A stretch of 64,000 nt of DNA from Orbicella franksi (Eukaryota), in contig OZ116704.1 in assembly GCA_964199315.1 (NCBI GenBank), forward strand, positions 29,326,001 to 29,390,000, written 5' to 3'. Shown piece by piece: positions 24,864-39,800 of the stretch (its first letter is position 1; every line of letters starts with the position of its first letter). The position numbers and the translations under genes were made by a program. The notes under the pieces are model-generated. The model saw only the letters and a list, made by a program, of their open reading frames with translations, ran no database searches and had not been told where the DNA came from.

Positions 24864-27800
24864 CTGAAAGAAAGATTAACACAAAAGGACTGAAGCGTGT
24901 TTTCGTGACGGATTAGTGTGGACGGTAGGCGTAACCGTAGAAATAAAGCTGCGTTTTCAAATATCTCCGGCTTAGTGTGGACGGGGCCAGAAAGAATGAA
25001 CTTACATTCTTTTTCGTTTTCTACCAACTTACTTTCCCTTCTTTTTTGAAAACGTAGACGTGACTTGGGTATAGGTTAGGAAGTCTACCTGACGAATGGC
25101 TGTCCAGTGGATAGCGTTGACTATTTATTACCTCTACACTGATAGCCTTGTTTTCCGATTTTTCCTTTGATTGCTTTCCTGCATACACCGCATTCTGGAG
25201 GGCTATTCGAAGAAACAAAGAGGAATACAATTAAAACAAGCAGTAAAGGAAAGGACAAATACTTCAATCCCTGTTCAAGGTGGTTCTAGCTTTTCTGTCT
25301 GTGGATGAAACCCTAGTATAAGACCATTCAAATGAAAGCAATTGAGCAGTACTTTCGTGTGGTACTGTTTATTATGCTGTGCAAGGTGGGTCTAACTTTT
25401 ACGTCTGTGGATGAAACCCTAGTGTGCGACTATTCAAATGAAAGCACATATGGTAGTGCTTATTGTGCTATACAACGTTTCTCTAACTATTAAGTCTCTG
25501 GACGAAATCCAAATTCAAATGAGAGTTACTGCTACTTATTTTTGAAATATTCCTGTAAGAAAATTGGTAGTTTTCGACATTTCAAATTTTAGTAGTATCA
25601 ATGAAACAAATGCCATCCTGTGTATCAATTTCACAGGTTCAAACACCCAACCTGTTAACACTGTTGATTTGGAGATGAAATGTTTTCCAGTACAGGATTG
25701 TACTCCAAAAAAAAAAAAGGAAAATTAATATTTACCTTCCAGAGAAGTGGACTGCTGTGAAAATGTGATCATTGTAGATGTGCAGCTTGTTGCCTCCTTT
25801 CTCGTAAGCTTGTCTTTTGGCCATGACAGGTGGAATGTGTGAATATCTACGAAGAAAAGTGTTATATGTCTAGAAGAGTTTCACGGAATGAAGAAGAATT
25901 AAGGTCCACGTTAAGCCACTTGATGAGTGTGATAAAACGTGTCTGTATTTGACTTAAACAATTTGAAAACAGTCTGTTCTCAGCCCGTTTTTGGAGGACC
26001 AAGGAAGCACTTTCGTTCCTCAAGTTTCAATTTGAAACTTTCTGTCCTTCATTGTCCATAATCCTAAGAAATGAACGAACGAACAGACCAACAAGTCATT
26101 AAGTGACCGAGAGACAAGTACAAATGAACGAACAGAAGAGAAAACGAACGAACGAACGAATGAACGAGCGTGCGTGAGCGCGAACCAAAGAACGACCCAC
26201 CGACCAACCAAATGAACAAACGAACAAGCGTGCGATTAAACTAACGACAAACGCACAAGCGAACGAACGAACGAACTAACGAACGAACTAACAAACGAAA
26301 AAACGAAAGAACGAACAAGCCTACGAGTGACCTAACAACAAACGCACGAGCGAACGAACGAAAGCTCGGACACAGGAACAAAAGATTTCTGTCTAGATTT
26401 CCTAGGAAAGCCTTACAACTCATGGCAAACAAGGAGGAACTAAAAACGGATAAGGTTGTGTTCTTACTTCTTCTTGCCGTTGTGCACTGACTCAATAACC
26501 AATGTAGAGTACGGATTGGGTGAGTAGCTGAGAAGTGAAGACTGACTGGTTGATTTACCTGCACAAAAAAAAAGAGAAAAATGCTACGTCCTTTCTCGTT
26601 ATGGAAGAAAAAGTGAGTTAATACTGCCGATCAGGATGGTCAATTAGATCCCCGTTAACATGGTTGCCAGAGGTCTTGAGCACTATTTAAAATTCCCTAC
26701 CTTTTTCCGGACTTTTCCCTGGTAAAAATCAAATTTTCCTGACTAAATAAATACAAAATGTCAGATCCAGTAGCAGCTTCTGGTCTCAACTTATAGCCGT
26801 CCTTTTCGCCCATTCATGAAGACTCATAAGTTTTCGACACATTTTCCTTATTCATTAAGGAAAAATATCGCTGAGATCAACGTGAACCCAAATGTTTCGC
26901 TCAGCCCTAAATGGTATTAAATCAGCAGTGTTAAGCTATTTCAATTTTCCCTGACTCAAAATAAAATTCTCTGACTTTTCCCTGATCTTGAACAACTTTG
27001 TCCCTGACTATTTCCTGACCTGTGGCAACCATGTTGAACCCTGTTCCCCCCAAAATGCACTACTTCCTCCCCTCCCCGCCCCCCCCCCGCCCCCCCTAAA
27101 CTGATCAGCTATGAATACGACCACACCCAAAACATCGTATAAGGATACTTACGTAAGTTGGAGGGGTCTGGGACGGGCAGATCCCCTGCATGATAAGAGT
27201 GTCTGATTGGATCATCCCTAGACAGGACATTTTCTTCGTCCTTGTCTGTCCCGCTCCTATCTGCGGCGCTCATGCTTACTGGTCTTTTCCTAAAAAGATT
27301 AAACGATCTACGCAGCTTAGGTTTTGTGTTCAGTTCTGAAGCTTGCTCCAGCATCTCTTCCTGTTCTTGTGTTTTCTCAGTTTCTGGTTCGTTTGTGACT
27401 TCCTGTTCTTGTGTATCTTCTTTCTCATCCTCGTTTACACTTTCTTTCTTGTCTTCTTCTTCTTCTGCAATTTCCTCTTTCTCAACTTCTTCTTGCGTTT
27501 CTTTGTTTTCTCCTTCTGGTTCTTCACTTGCCACAACTTTCTCTTCATCCTTAATAGCTTTCTTATCAGTTTGTTTTCTTTTAAATAACCTAAAAGACCT
27601 TCGCGTCTTAGGCTTCGTTTCAGCGACTTCTTCTTGTTCTTTTGTTCTCTCACTTTCGTCTTCTTTTTCTTCTTGATTCTCTTCCTCTTTCTTATCTTCC
27701 TCTTGAGGTTCCTCTTGGGGTTCTTCTCGAGTTTCCTCTCGAGGTTCCTCTTCTGTTTCTTTCTTCTCAATCTCCACCTCAGTAACATCAGGTGTTTCCT

Positions 27801-30800
27801 GTCAAAACCATAAAACTAACAATGTACTGTATGTATGGACATATTTTATTACTCCCGCCTGCCCACATAAAGTTTTCTATCACTAAGTGCATAATTAAAT
27901 AAACACACTAAACACAACAAATATATATTATCGCAGTACGCAATTGTTTGGCCACACTTTTGAGTCATTTTTCAAATCTATGGGCTGGTTCCTCAGAGCG
28001 GGATTAATGATTAATTTTGTATAGTGATCCACTTGTGTTTCCAAAACTCCGTAGAAACACGTACATGTAACACGTTTTCCTTTTCTTGAATTCAGTAGAG
28101 TCGAGCCTCTCTTTACGGATATCTCAACAATACTGACACCCCTACATTACGAACAGTTCACTCTGCCTCAGAGAATCAAGGGTTCAAAGATTCTCTATCT
28201 CTATCACATGGACACCCAGCTCTGTCCCTCTGTTATCCTTATTTTAAGGGTTCGACTGTACCTCGATAGGCATTTTAACCGGTTCCTCAACAGGTTCTTC
28301 TATCTCCACCTTCTCGTGAGATGGCCCAGCTTCTGGTGTTGCTATGACAGCAATTGGTGCAGGCGGTTCCTTGGGTGATTCAGGCTCGGCATGTTGTTCA
28401 TCAGTGCTATCTCCATTGTGATGATATTCAGCAGGCTTAGGTCTTTCTTCGTTTGCTTCATAAGCTTCGATCTCCATGGCCAGTTCATCCAGACTTGACT
28501 CTATGTAGCGCTTACGAACTGGAATGTGTCCGTTTAACTCCACACCAGGTTCCTCACCGTTCATGAAAACCGAGGCTGCCTCTTCTGATGGGGTGCTCTG
28601 GGCACTAGGTCCCTCAGGATCTGATACACAAGTAATAAGACATATTTTGTTCATGTTCTGTGACAACTCCTTATCATCTTATTGACGTTTTTTTTTTATA
28701 AATGGGTACAAGTGCGCCATTAGTGCAAGTTGACAAATTGATGGGGAGGACTGAGGATTGAGATGGGGGGAGGGGTGAGCGGGTGGACGATGTAACCTAC
28801 GATGGGCTTGTATTTAAACCCAAAAAGAGCACAGATCCACGCAAGTAAGTAAAACTGATTGTACTGTATTAGAACTAATGAGATATTAGGTTTTGTTCGT
28901 AGAGTCAATACCTAAAAACCTTGTGCTGTAACTGAACTATGGAAAGTATGCATTACTTGCAAAAATTTCGGACGATTTTCATTTGGACAAAAAGTGTCCT
29001 AAAATAAAATCTTCCGAAATTTTCAAGCCTCCAAAATATTTACAGTACAGTATAAAACTTTGAAGTAGCTCCAAAGCTCTTACTTTCCTTCATGCCAGGC
29101 TTTATGGGGCGAACTCTTATTGAGACCCTGCTTGAGGTATGTTAAGAAAGTCCAAAAATTCTTATTTACTTGGACATTTAAAAAGGTCCGAAAAGATTTC
29201 AAGTAAAGACGAGAAGGGCACCTACCACTCGACAGTCTTTTTCGCTCAAACCCGCTAACAAGAGGCAGTGTGGCATCAATAACTTTTCCATCCTTATCAA
29301 AAGTGAACTGCAAAAGAGAAGGATAACAATACATGTATTGTTTTAGCTGGATTCAACAAACTGGGCAGGAAAAAAAAAAGCAAGCCAGATCAAGATTAGT
29401 TCATAGACGCACACTAACCGTCGTACACAATCTGGAAAATTTGCGTAAAAAAAAAAAAAAAACATTTACCCTTTGTAAGCCATTTTTTTTCTTTTTTTGC
29501 TTCGACGAAGGGTTAACGCTGGAAACACTAGTTAATTTAACTCTATGAAATTCAACTTTTTCTTAATTTTGTAATCTAGTTATTAATAAAAATGTTTAAT
29601 TAGATCTTGACAGACTGGTCCGCCTAGACTAGCACTAGCTATCCACAGGCCAGTCAAACTGTAAAAATGTAAAATGGACGAAAATAAAGATGTTGTTGTT
29701 GTTGTTGATAAAAATCAGCTTAGTGATTCACTTTCCCATCGATACACTGCCCGGTAAGCTGGTTAGAAATAGAGCAAAAATAGACGCTCTAAAATTCACA
29801 GCCACCTTCTGTGACCCTCTTTAGAGAATGATTTACAAGAAAACTACGAATGGTAAAACAAATAACGTCTGCTTGATCCTCGAGGCAAATATTAGAAAAC
29901 TCTACGTGTTGTAGACAAGAACATTATATAATTAACATGAATTGTCCTAACCTCTAAGGTGATGTCTCCTTTAGAATGTTCACTCTTTGATGACTTGGGC
30001 AGAACAGGGAGGATCAGACGGCAGGTCTGGTCTCTGTTTACAGTTGACAGAGGCACAATCACCTGACCAAGGTAGTCATCTATGAAGAGAATGTTTTAAA
30101 CACTCAATTGAATATACAAAGCGTTTTCACAAGGTCATTCTATGTCAAGTACTGAGCTCATCACTAAAAAGATCATATTAAGGACATAGAATCATAGGTT
30201 TGCAATGCGTGCAGAGAGGGCCATGCATGCATGAAGGGAAGGTACAATGTACTGGAACGTAACTGTTTCCGGATTACACAGTTCAAACGGGGGGTAGAGG
30301 TTAAATCATTTTCAGATAGCTACGCGGTTTTATGCGGACATTTGAGAAAGTCTTTTAATCGTAAATTATTGTCAAACGAAGTAAATTTTCTTTATTACAC
30401 GTCAAATATATTTGTCAAAGTGTGTTGACGTTTTCACACCGTTTCACCGGTCATACGTTGTGTGAAACCCAAATCCCTTGTACCCCATAGTGTTTCTTAT
30501 TTCCCCTCTTTGGCGGTGCTTATGGAAAAGACCTTTTCACGGTTTTCGACGCCATCTTGATGGGTAGGCAAAGCGGTCAGAAATTACAGTGTTTGTATGG
30601 GAAATAAGCCAACTAACCTTTTCGAAAATTGAATTTTACACAATTTGTGAATCGCAACGTTAAAATACTACGAAGAAGATTGAATTCACCACGTTTCAAG
30701 GATGTAGCTTGGCTAGAAGACGCTCAGTTAATTTTTCTAATTTTCCATACATTTGTCTGTATATTTGGCTGGGTAGACGCGGTTCGCGGGAAATGAAAAG

Positions 30801-33800
30801 AAATACAGACAAATGTATGGGAAATTAAAAATTAACTGAGCGTCTTCTGGCCAAGCTACATCTTTCAAACATGGTGAATACAACCTGCTACCTGGTATGG
30901 CAAAGTTGCGATTCATAAGCTGTGCAAAATAAATATTTAACAAAAGTTATTTGCCATCCGATTCCTTTACAAACACTGTAATTTCTGACTACTTTGCCTA
31001 CCCGGCAAGATGGCGTCGAAAACCGTGATAAGGCCTTTTAGGGTTACCAGATGTGTGAAAACATTATCCCTTTGTGTTTCAGGGACGCACCTTGACAGAT
31101 ATTTTTAGTAGTGTTTTCAAGGAAATTTAATGTTTGTACTCAGGCTTGATTAGTCTAGTGACATTTTTTAAAAGATTTTAATTATGCTACTCAGTAAGTT
31201 TACAGTCATTTCAAACAGTATTTTATCTGAATGTTTAGCCTTACTTATAAGTTTGTACAAGTTGTAGAAAAAGTTTAAGTGCTTTTTATTCACCTTGCTC
31301 TTCTGTAAGCTCATTGTCGCCCATATGACAGTTAGAATCTGTTTAAAGACATTTAATATCATAAAACCCTAAAAGGTTTATTTCGAACAAAGGTTGTAAA
31401 CCAAAAGATTTTTTTAACAAAATTTAAAAAAAGACCTACATGAAAAACTGTTTAGCAGGTGAGCTTTAGTGAAAGGTTTAATGCAAATGATGTTCATGAA
31501 AAATGTTCTTTAATGATTAAAATAAGACTTTAAATGTTTATGAATGAAAACAAAAGGAAAAAAAATGCACTTAATGAATGTACTGGTTTTATGATTACAT
31601 CTAATTTTATATTGGAGATTTTTAAGATCACTAAAAAAATGTGCATAACTGATGATGAAAATGTGACATGTATAGGAATATATTTATTTTATTCCAGTCT
31701 TTTTTTAATGGTAATTTAACATACAGAATGCAATGTTTTTAATGTTAAAAATGCTGTCAGTTACATGCATCTTTAATGAAACAGGCAAGTTAAAACTATT
31801 TTCAAGGCACAATGCACAAGTTAAAATTATTTACAAGTGCACTAACCATGAGGTCACCACGCCTCCCATAAATTACTCTTAAACATACTGATAAGCCGGC
31901 CTGTACACCTAACCATTACTACACTAGCTATACCAATCAACCACATAAATCAAGAAAAAATAAAATTCAGGTAATGGCCCGCTCCTTCCATGAGATGTGC
32001 CTGCAGAGGATCATGGTATCCATCTAGTTGTAATCATCACCTTGGAATGGATATTTGCTTTGATGAATACAACTACCATGATTCCCTGCAGGCACATCTC
32101 GTAGAGGGAGTTGGCCATTTATCAAGCTTAAAGTAATAAATTTATAAGTATAGAAGTTTTAAAATTACAAAGTTAACTAATTTATCCATCAAAAGCAACA
32201 TACATTCATGACAAAATTGAAAGTTACATTTCACACAACTCACAGAACTCCAAAATGTTAACTCACCTTTCTCAGTTTTTTCATAGTTGTATATGTCAAT
32301 TGTGATGTCTTTGGTTTTTGGATTGATATCACTGAAGAGAACACAAAAACATTATTGTCAGCAAAAGTTGATGATTTGTAAAAAATCACAAATTTGAATT
32401 ATAATTACAGTGGTACATGTACACATTAATAAATTCTTCAGTCAGTAGTTAACACCAGTTTAATGATTCAAGAGCGACAGACTTACAAAGTGAAGTATTC
32501 ATTCCAGAATGGACTGTCATTATCTCGCACCATGCTGGTTCTCTTGCGCTGTAATGGACTTCTGGTTGATACAATACAGTATGGACTGATGGGTCCTGGC
32601 AGATATCAAACATGGCATGTAAGCAGGGGTTTCATGAAGGGTTTGGCACCAGGCAAATTTACCACCTGTGAGGACAATTTTGCCCAGCTGGGTTGACCAT
32701 CTGGGGGAAAGGTTTTCTTGCAAAGAAGTTCAGATCAAATAGTTTTGCCTGCCTGTGAAAACTAGCTGAAAATGCTAATGAAACCCCCTGTGTAAGAATT
32801 ATTTTTAAAGAACAATAAATTACAAGTATCTTAAAAGTAGGATAAATTCTCTGAAGAATGCTAGCTAAGCCTAAAGAATGTGATGATACAATGGAGGCCA
32901 AATGGTTTAAGCATGTTGGACTAGTGATCACATGGTCCAAATTTGGAGGTGCTTAAGCCAAGACCATCACTGTGTTTTGTTCCTGGGCAACACAAATTTT
33001 TTCTCACATTGCCTCCCTCTATACTCATAGCTTTAACCTTGTTTCTCATTTACACTTTGCATCATGAAACATCTCAAGAGTTGCCAACACGACCAGGACT
33101 ACATGTTGTTGGTTGCTGGCGCTTACAGTGAACCTTAATTATAAAGAAAAAACTAAACATCAATTCTCATACCATTTTTTTCTTTTCCACAAAGACCAGT
33201 TGCTTTTATGACTGCAAAAGAGAGAGAGAGAGAAAAAAAGCTACAATAATTATGGTACCTTAGACAAATACTTTCTTCACTTATACAGTAGAACAGATGT
33301 ACAGCACAGCACCCTGAAGGTAGAAAAAACCTCCATCTCATTTCTTCCCACTTCTACATTCCACCTCTAGGTTTGACTCCAGACCCTCTAATGCAATATT
33401 ATTCATTTTCTTCACTTGCATCCTTTCCTCAGAGAGCCTTGATTGCATATAACTCTTTAAAGTCCAAGCTAGATGTCTTAATTCTTCTCATAGATTGTGG
33501 TACATTTGTTTTGATCTCAGTTACGAGAATTAAGGAATACATCAAGACAGTATAAACAGTGTAGTCAGCCAGCTGTGGATGATTTTCTTTAATATCATAA
33601 CTGCTGCCTGATGATAAGAAAATTAATCACTAGATAATTATTATCTAAAAGTAAACTTTTGTCATATCAACAGTCATGCATCAAAGCTATCAACGTTCAT
33701 GTAAATTATATGCACAACTCAGTACAACAAAGGGGTGCGAGGTGATCAAAATTTCATGGCTAATCTATCAGACTCTGCATGGAGTGGTCTGAGTTCTGGC

Positions 33801-36800
33801 CATTCCAAGGGTGATCATGTTCTGTTGCTGCTCAAGACACTTATTTGTCTCAACACTTGTACCTGAGTGTAACCTTGTGATTAGACTCAATTAGCAGCCA
33901 TGGTTTTGGGAGAACAGCCCAGCCTGAGAGAGCAGCTAAAATATCAAAAATAGTGCCTACATTGTGATGGGTTAGCACCTGGCTTGCCCAAAGCCATCTC
34001 TGAGTCTCCAACAGGAGCAAGACTTGACTTGGGAATAGTGATAGCAGAGCTCCGGTGGCCCAAAGGTCCGCCACGCAGAGCCCCAAACTGGCAGCTGTTT
34101 GATAACTCACCCTTGACAAGGAGTTTTCCCTCTTCTCCTACACATGACACTGATGACAAAGAATCTAGTCTTTCTTTGGAATTAGCAGAACTCTGAAAAA
34201 TTAAATTGCAGGAAAATGACTTTCACTAATAAATGTTCAATACTGGGAAGTCAAATATAAGGTGGCACTTTACAAAGGCTGCCCACATAGATGAAACAAT
34301 TTAAATTCACAAAATGACCCTTTAGCTAAAAAATGTTGACTGATGTAGCACAGAACAATGGAAATTGTTGTCAGTAGCAAGAGAAACCCAACACAGCTTG
34401 TGAGGGTGAATCCACGACTCTAAAGAATCCATCTACATGACGTTGTATGGGCAGCCTGGTGGCCCCATGGCTTACCGAAGGTACCTCAAAATCCAACTTA
34501 CATAAATTATGTAATTAAAAAAAAAACTGTTAAATAAATCAAAATAACTTTTGATTACCAAATGTTTATGGCCTTTAAATGTAATATTCAATTTCAATTA
34601 TGGCACGCTTTAACATTTTTATCGTTATTGCTGTAAATCCCATGACTTTGGAATGTTATCTTGATTAAGTATAGTGATAACATTTAACGCCCTATACTGG
34701 TGTGACAATTGTTATGCTTCCAGAACGAATTTACAGAGACAACTTCAGTTGACATTGATTCATTTAAAAGTTAGAAAGCCATCAGCTAAACGTTAAGGAA
34801 AGAAAAATAAATATTAAAAATAAATAAATTTTAAAAAGTTAAACTTTAAGGAATCTACATAGTGCCAAGACTTGAAACAACAGAGATGCAGGTATAATTT
34901 TTGTGAGAGACATTTAAGTAAATCACTTGTAGAAGTGGCATAGTGTGTATATGAAATTCAATTACTGGTAAATTCAATCCTTTTAAAGATATAATCAGCT
35001 CAATGCATGGGGCAGTAAACATCAAACAACAAATTAAGTTCAGTTTTATTGTCACATGTATCTCCATTCAATATACTGCGAAATTGAACTTCTCATGACA
35101 GCATTCACAAAACTATTAACTCGCAGACTTTTCAGCTTATTCTAAATGTATGTAAGGTTAACATTGGGATGTAACCATAATTAATTTCTATCTGCTAAAC
35201 ATCACACTGCTAAACTTCTTCTTGTTGTATACAAAATGTCTCTATGGAGAGGTTAAGACTAAGAAACAATTTAATATTCAAGAAGGTAAATATGAAGTCA
35301 ACACCTTTAAATAATAAATAAAAATAATTGGGAAAAACTGTGAAATTTGACAAACTTAATGGTTAAAATCTGAATTTCTCACTCAAAAAATATCTTTGTC
35401 CATTTTGAGATTGCATACATGTACCTACTAACTGATATTGAATTTTAAATTTTACTGTCAGTAATAGACAGGACTGAATAAAATATTTAACCTGAAGATG
35501 ATTAGGTTTATATCAAGTCTAGCACTCATATACATTGTAGCTAGTCAATGCTTGAAGACTATTTCACTGTACATTTAAACAACATGAAGAGAACTTCATA
35601 CAATAAGTAAGATAAAAGAACACAGTGTGAGCACAGAGAGAAACTTATCTTACCTTTGCACGCTGCCGTCCATTCATAAACACATAAACATAGACATTGA
35701 CAAAGTAGTTGTTTTCAATCTGTACATGTGAACTCTTCATTTCGAAATGTTTTTCCTCTTAAACGTTATGGTCCAAAAGACAGTTCTTGAACGAGGAGGA
35801 ATATTTTGAAGCGAAAAGGTTCTCTTAAACATTACAGAGCTCTCAGAGTGAAGCTCAACAGGAAACACAAGAGTCAAAGTTATTATTGTTGTGAGCCTGA
35901 ATTCAGCTGGCTACAAGACATTATTATTCAAAATCATGATGAAACTCTAAGCTTGAATTAAATATTGCGAGTTTAAAAGTAAGTCGATGAATATTTATGA
36001 CATTAAAAACAGAATGCCAGCTACTTGTGTCTTTTTCTCAGAGTAATGTACAAATCTCCCTCCATTTTAAGTACAATATACAAAGCCACACTCCAGCCTA
36101 GTCAACCATTGAAGAAGACAGTTCCTTAAATTAATTATTTATGTGAAAAGAATTTGCATGACAACACTTCAGCAGGTGTCAGTTTTATTGAATTCAAAGA
36201 AGAAATAAATTTCTCAAAGATTAAATTCAACATAAGTTCCAGTTTTGTCAAACAATGCTACATTTTTATTGATTAATACTCCAAGTCAACCCAAGTCAAC
36301 CTAAGTAAACCATAGTCAAGAAAACATTAAAGAAATTGTTACTTCTTTTTCAACAAAAAAAGAGTCCGCTGAATGCTATAATTTAAATATAAACTAAGAC
36401 AGGAGTTTTCACCGTCAGAGAACATCTGCTTTTTATATACTTAATTTGAAAGCTTCAAGCCTAGGGTATCATAAATTATGCCTGAAAATCAACACAATAC
36501 TTTCTTCAATGGATGTTTACAAATATGCATATTTTATTGTCTGTTTGATGACTTGAGTTAAAATATTAGGGTTGGCTGTTCATGAAGAAGGAAAAAACTT
36601 GTCTTTTTGACCAACCAGCTTATCAAGTGCAGAGTTGGTTTTCTACAATGTAGTGTGAAGTGAGAGGAGTATAATACTACAAAGCTGTAAATTTCATTAA
36701 CTGCAAAATTGTCAGTCCATTGCAGGTTAGCCTGCAGCCTTTTGCCAGGTGGTCCTATACTACATGTAAGCCTTTGGCTTCACTTGAATGTTGTTTATGT

Positions 36801-39800
36801 CGGAAGGAGGCACTGCAGAAAACAAAATGTGTTGTGCCCAAGAATACCCGTTTAAACTTGGCCATAGTAGAATCATGCTTGTATTAAACAAAAGGCCATT
36901 GTGCCTCCCTCAAAAAAAAACTGAACTGTCCCATTGCATTAATATAAATGAAGAGAAAGACCATATTCTGCACAAGGTCTACACCTGCATACATGTAGAT
37001 ACTATTAAAAACTCTTTGAGTGACAATAAACAACTAAATTCTTCAGGAGTTCCATTTAGGGCCGGGTACCGGACAAATTGACAGGCTGTGGGGACGATTA
37101 TGCCTGCCTAGTTTGACCATCTAGAGGAACGCTTTTCTTGTAAAGATGTTCACCTCAAAAACTTTTGCACACCTGTGGAAGCCAGTTGTCCTCCTGCTGA
37201 AAATGTCAATGAAAACCGATTCTCATCCACTTTGTTTCTTACATTTTCCGTAATTTGGATTTTCTAAAATGATCAAATTTTTGATTCTCTTTACTTGCAT
37301 AATTGAAAATGTGATACACTGTACTTGTGGTAAGGAGAAATAAGGGAGTGAGTCACTTTTGGAGATTACCACAACAAAGTGCTTGACTAAATTAATTATG
37401 TTTAAACAAATTTCTAGTCAGAATTTTTAAAATAATTATTATTATAATAAACTTTTACTATAATTTATGATAAGATACCCTTTTACATCTAATAGTAATA
37501 ATTAATTTATAGCATGTTCTCAGCCGATTTTGGCACCACCTATTGTACTTAGCTCAGTCCAGCTGTACTACATGTATGCTTGTGGCCCAAATACATTGTT
37601 AGTAATAACAACCCTTTCATTCATAAGCTCAAAAAATCAAAATCTCCGCGTCCTCTATCCTGGTTGAATTGGAATTTAGAGATGCTGGTTTTTGTGGAGG
37701 AATGAAAACCAGAGAACCCGGAGAAAAACCCTCAGAGCACCAACAACAAACTCAACCTACCTAATATGGCACCCTGCCAGCATAGAACCACTGTGCCATC
37801 CCTGTTCTTCCCAGGATAAGCAGAGGCTTGCCTAATTATCAAATTAACACAATAGTACGCAGGGGTTTCATTAGGGGCTGGGTACTGGGCAAATTGACCA
37901 GCTGTGAAGACAATTTTGTCCCCCTCTGGTTTGACCATCTAGAGGAAACTTTTTCTTATAAAGAAGTTCAGTTCAAAAAGTTTTTGCCGCCTTCTGAAAA
38001 CATTTATTTAATGAAACCCCTGCGAATTGAATTTTTTAATTGCTGACAGAAATAAAAATGTCAACTTACTGCATCTGAATTTAGCCGGTCCCTGGATGAG
38101 GCTTCTGACAGAGGTATATTAGTGATGGTTTTACAAATTACTTCCTTGACTTTCTCTTGAACCTCACCAGCATCTACTTGACTCTCCTTAAAGCAAAAAT
38201 TTACAAAACTTTTCTCACTTATTTCTTACTAACCATAAATAACAACACGAATGAACATGTGAAAGAAAGACAGCTATTTTGTTCTACAGAAAAAAAAATT
38301 ATGTCTGCTTATTGAAGCTAATATCTTTAAATCTTTTTGTAAAAAAAAAGCTTAATTTAATACCAATTGTAACTGACCCCTCTGTAATAGTGATAAAGTA
38401 ATTATTGCAAGTTGCATGTAATCAGATTGGGGCTGGAGCCGGCTGGAGCAAGACAACCTACATGAGAGCTTTAGGTGGGACCATTCCCTTTTTCAAAGGG
38501 GGGGGGGGGGGGGAAGGGGGTTTGGGCAATTTTCTGGTGCAGGAAATGTTTTCCTCACCTTTCAGTTGTGCATGATTTTTTTGGGTAGGTGATAACTAGT
38601 CCGAGCAAGATTTGTTTCAACATTAAAAATAGGACCTGGATAATAGACAGCACTTGCTTGAATTTTTTTTTCCATGGCCCCCATTGCACGGTTTCACTGT
38701 GCAGGAAGTTTTTTTTTTTTTTTCAGAAATTGTCCAGCCCCCCCCCCCCCCTCCCTCAAGAAGTAATGGTCCATCCCTTTCGTTTATCCTTATGTTCATA
38801 TGTAAGACAATGCTCGCTCACTCACTCACTCACTCACTCACTCATGCCCATTATGCCTTGGTAGCATGTAGGACAGCATCTAAGAAAACACTGGGGGAAA
38901 TATAGGGCAGGTTTTTTTTTATGAATTGAACACTACCTATAAAATTTACAGCACACAAACAAACACCCCCTCCCCACCCCACCTCCCCCAAGCAGTCATC
39001 CAAGATCTTGGAGTTGACATGGGTTTTCAATGATTGCATGTAACTCAGACATCAGCTGTCAATGTTCCCTGGACAACCAGGTAAAGGAAGGTAAAGGAAC
39101 AAAGCCCATATGGCTTGCACCACAATTAGGGGTTTCATTAAGGGCCGGACACTGGGCTAATTGACTGGCCGTGAGAATGGTTTTGCCCAGCTGGTTTGAC
39201 CATCTACATATAGGCACAGTCTTGCAGCGAGTTTGATCCTTTCTTACATCCACCTGGTCAATAACAACCACCTCATCCTTACAGTTATTATCCGCATCTT
39301 GTTTTTAAACTATTGTAATTAATTAGATTTAACTATAATTTTTAACTATAAGTAATTATTAGATTTTATTGTAATTTTTATCAAATTTAAGATTTTCTGT
39401 CACCATTCTTACTAGCTTCTAGGGTTGCGCCTTGCATGGGTAACTTTATTTTCCCCTTCGCGCAATTCCTATTGGTCCTTTTCTTCTTTTAATTATATTG
39501 TAATTTTGTGACAGTTACTCGTTCACCACACGAGTGATATTTTCCCCACCAAAAAATGAATTATGTTCAAAATAGATTTAAGCCAACATGCTCATAGTAC
39601 TGATTAGTACAGATTTTATTAACACTCCCCAAGGGAGCTTTCCAGACCTGATACTTCTCAGTACTAATACTACTACTAGTACTAATACTACCCATGATAA
39701 CTAGACAGTAATTTTTGCTGTTTGCTGGAGCTTATGGAGAACCCTGGCAGAGGAAAGTTTTTCTCATAAAGGAGTTCAGTTCAAAATGTTTTGCCCAACT

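Noticed and set aside
27242-27788. Long Ser-rich, Phe-rich and Lys/Arg-rich ORFs overlapping exon 13
   Set aside because: Alternative frames of a low-complexity GAA-rich exon.
28460-28490. FFAT-like motif EAYEANE
   Set aside because: Lacks the key aromatic residue at position 2.
35654-35719. Possible 66-nt phase 0-0 exon (IENNYFVNVYVYVFMNGRQRAK) with donor GTAAGA
   Set aside because: Poor polypyrimidine tract, and exons 5 and 6 already join in frame.
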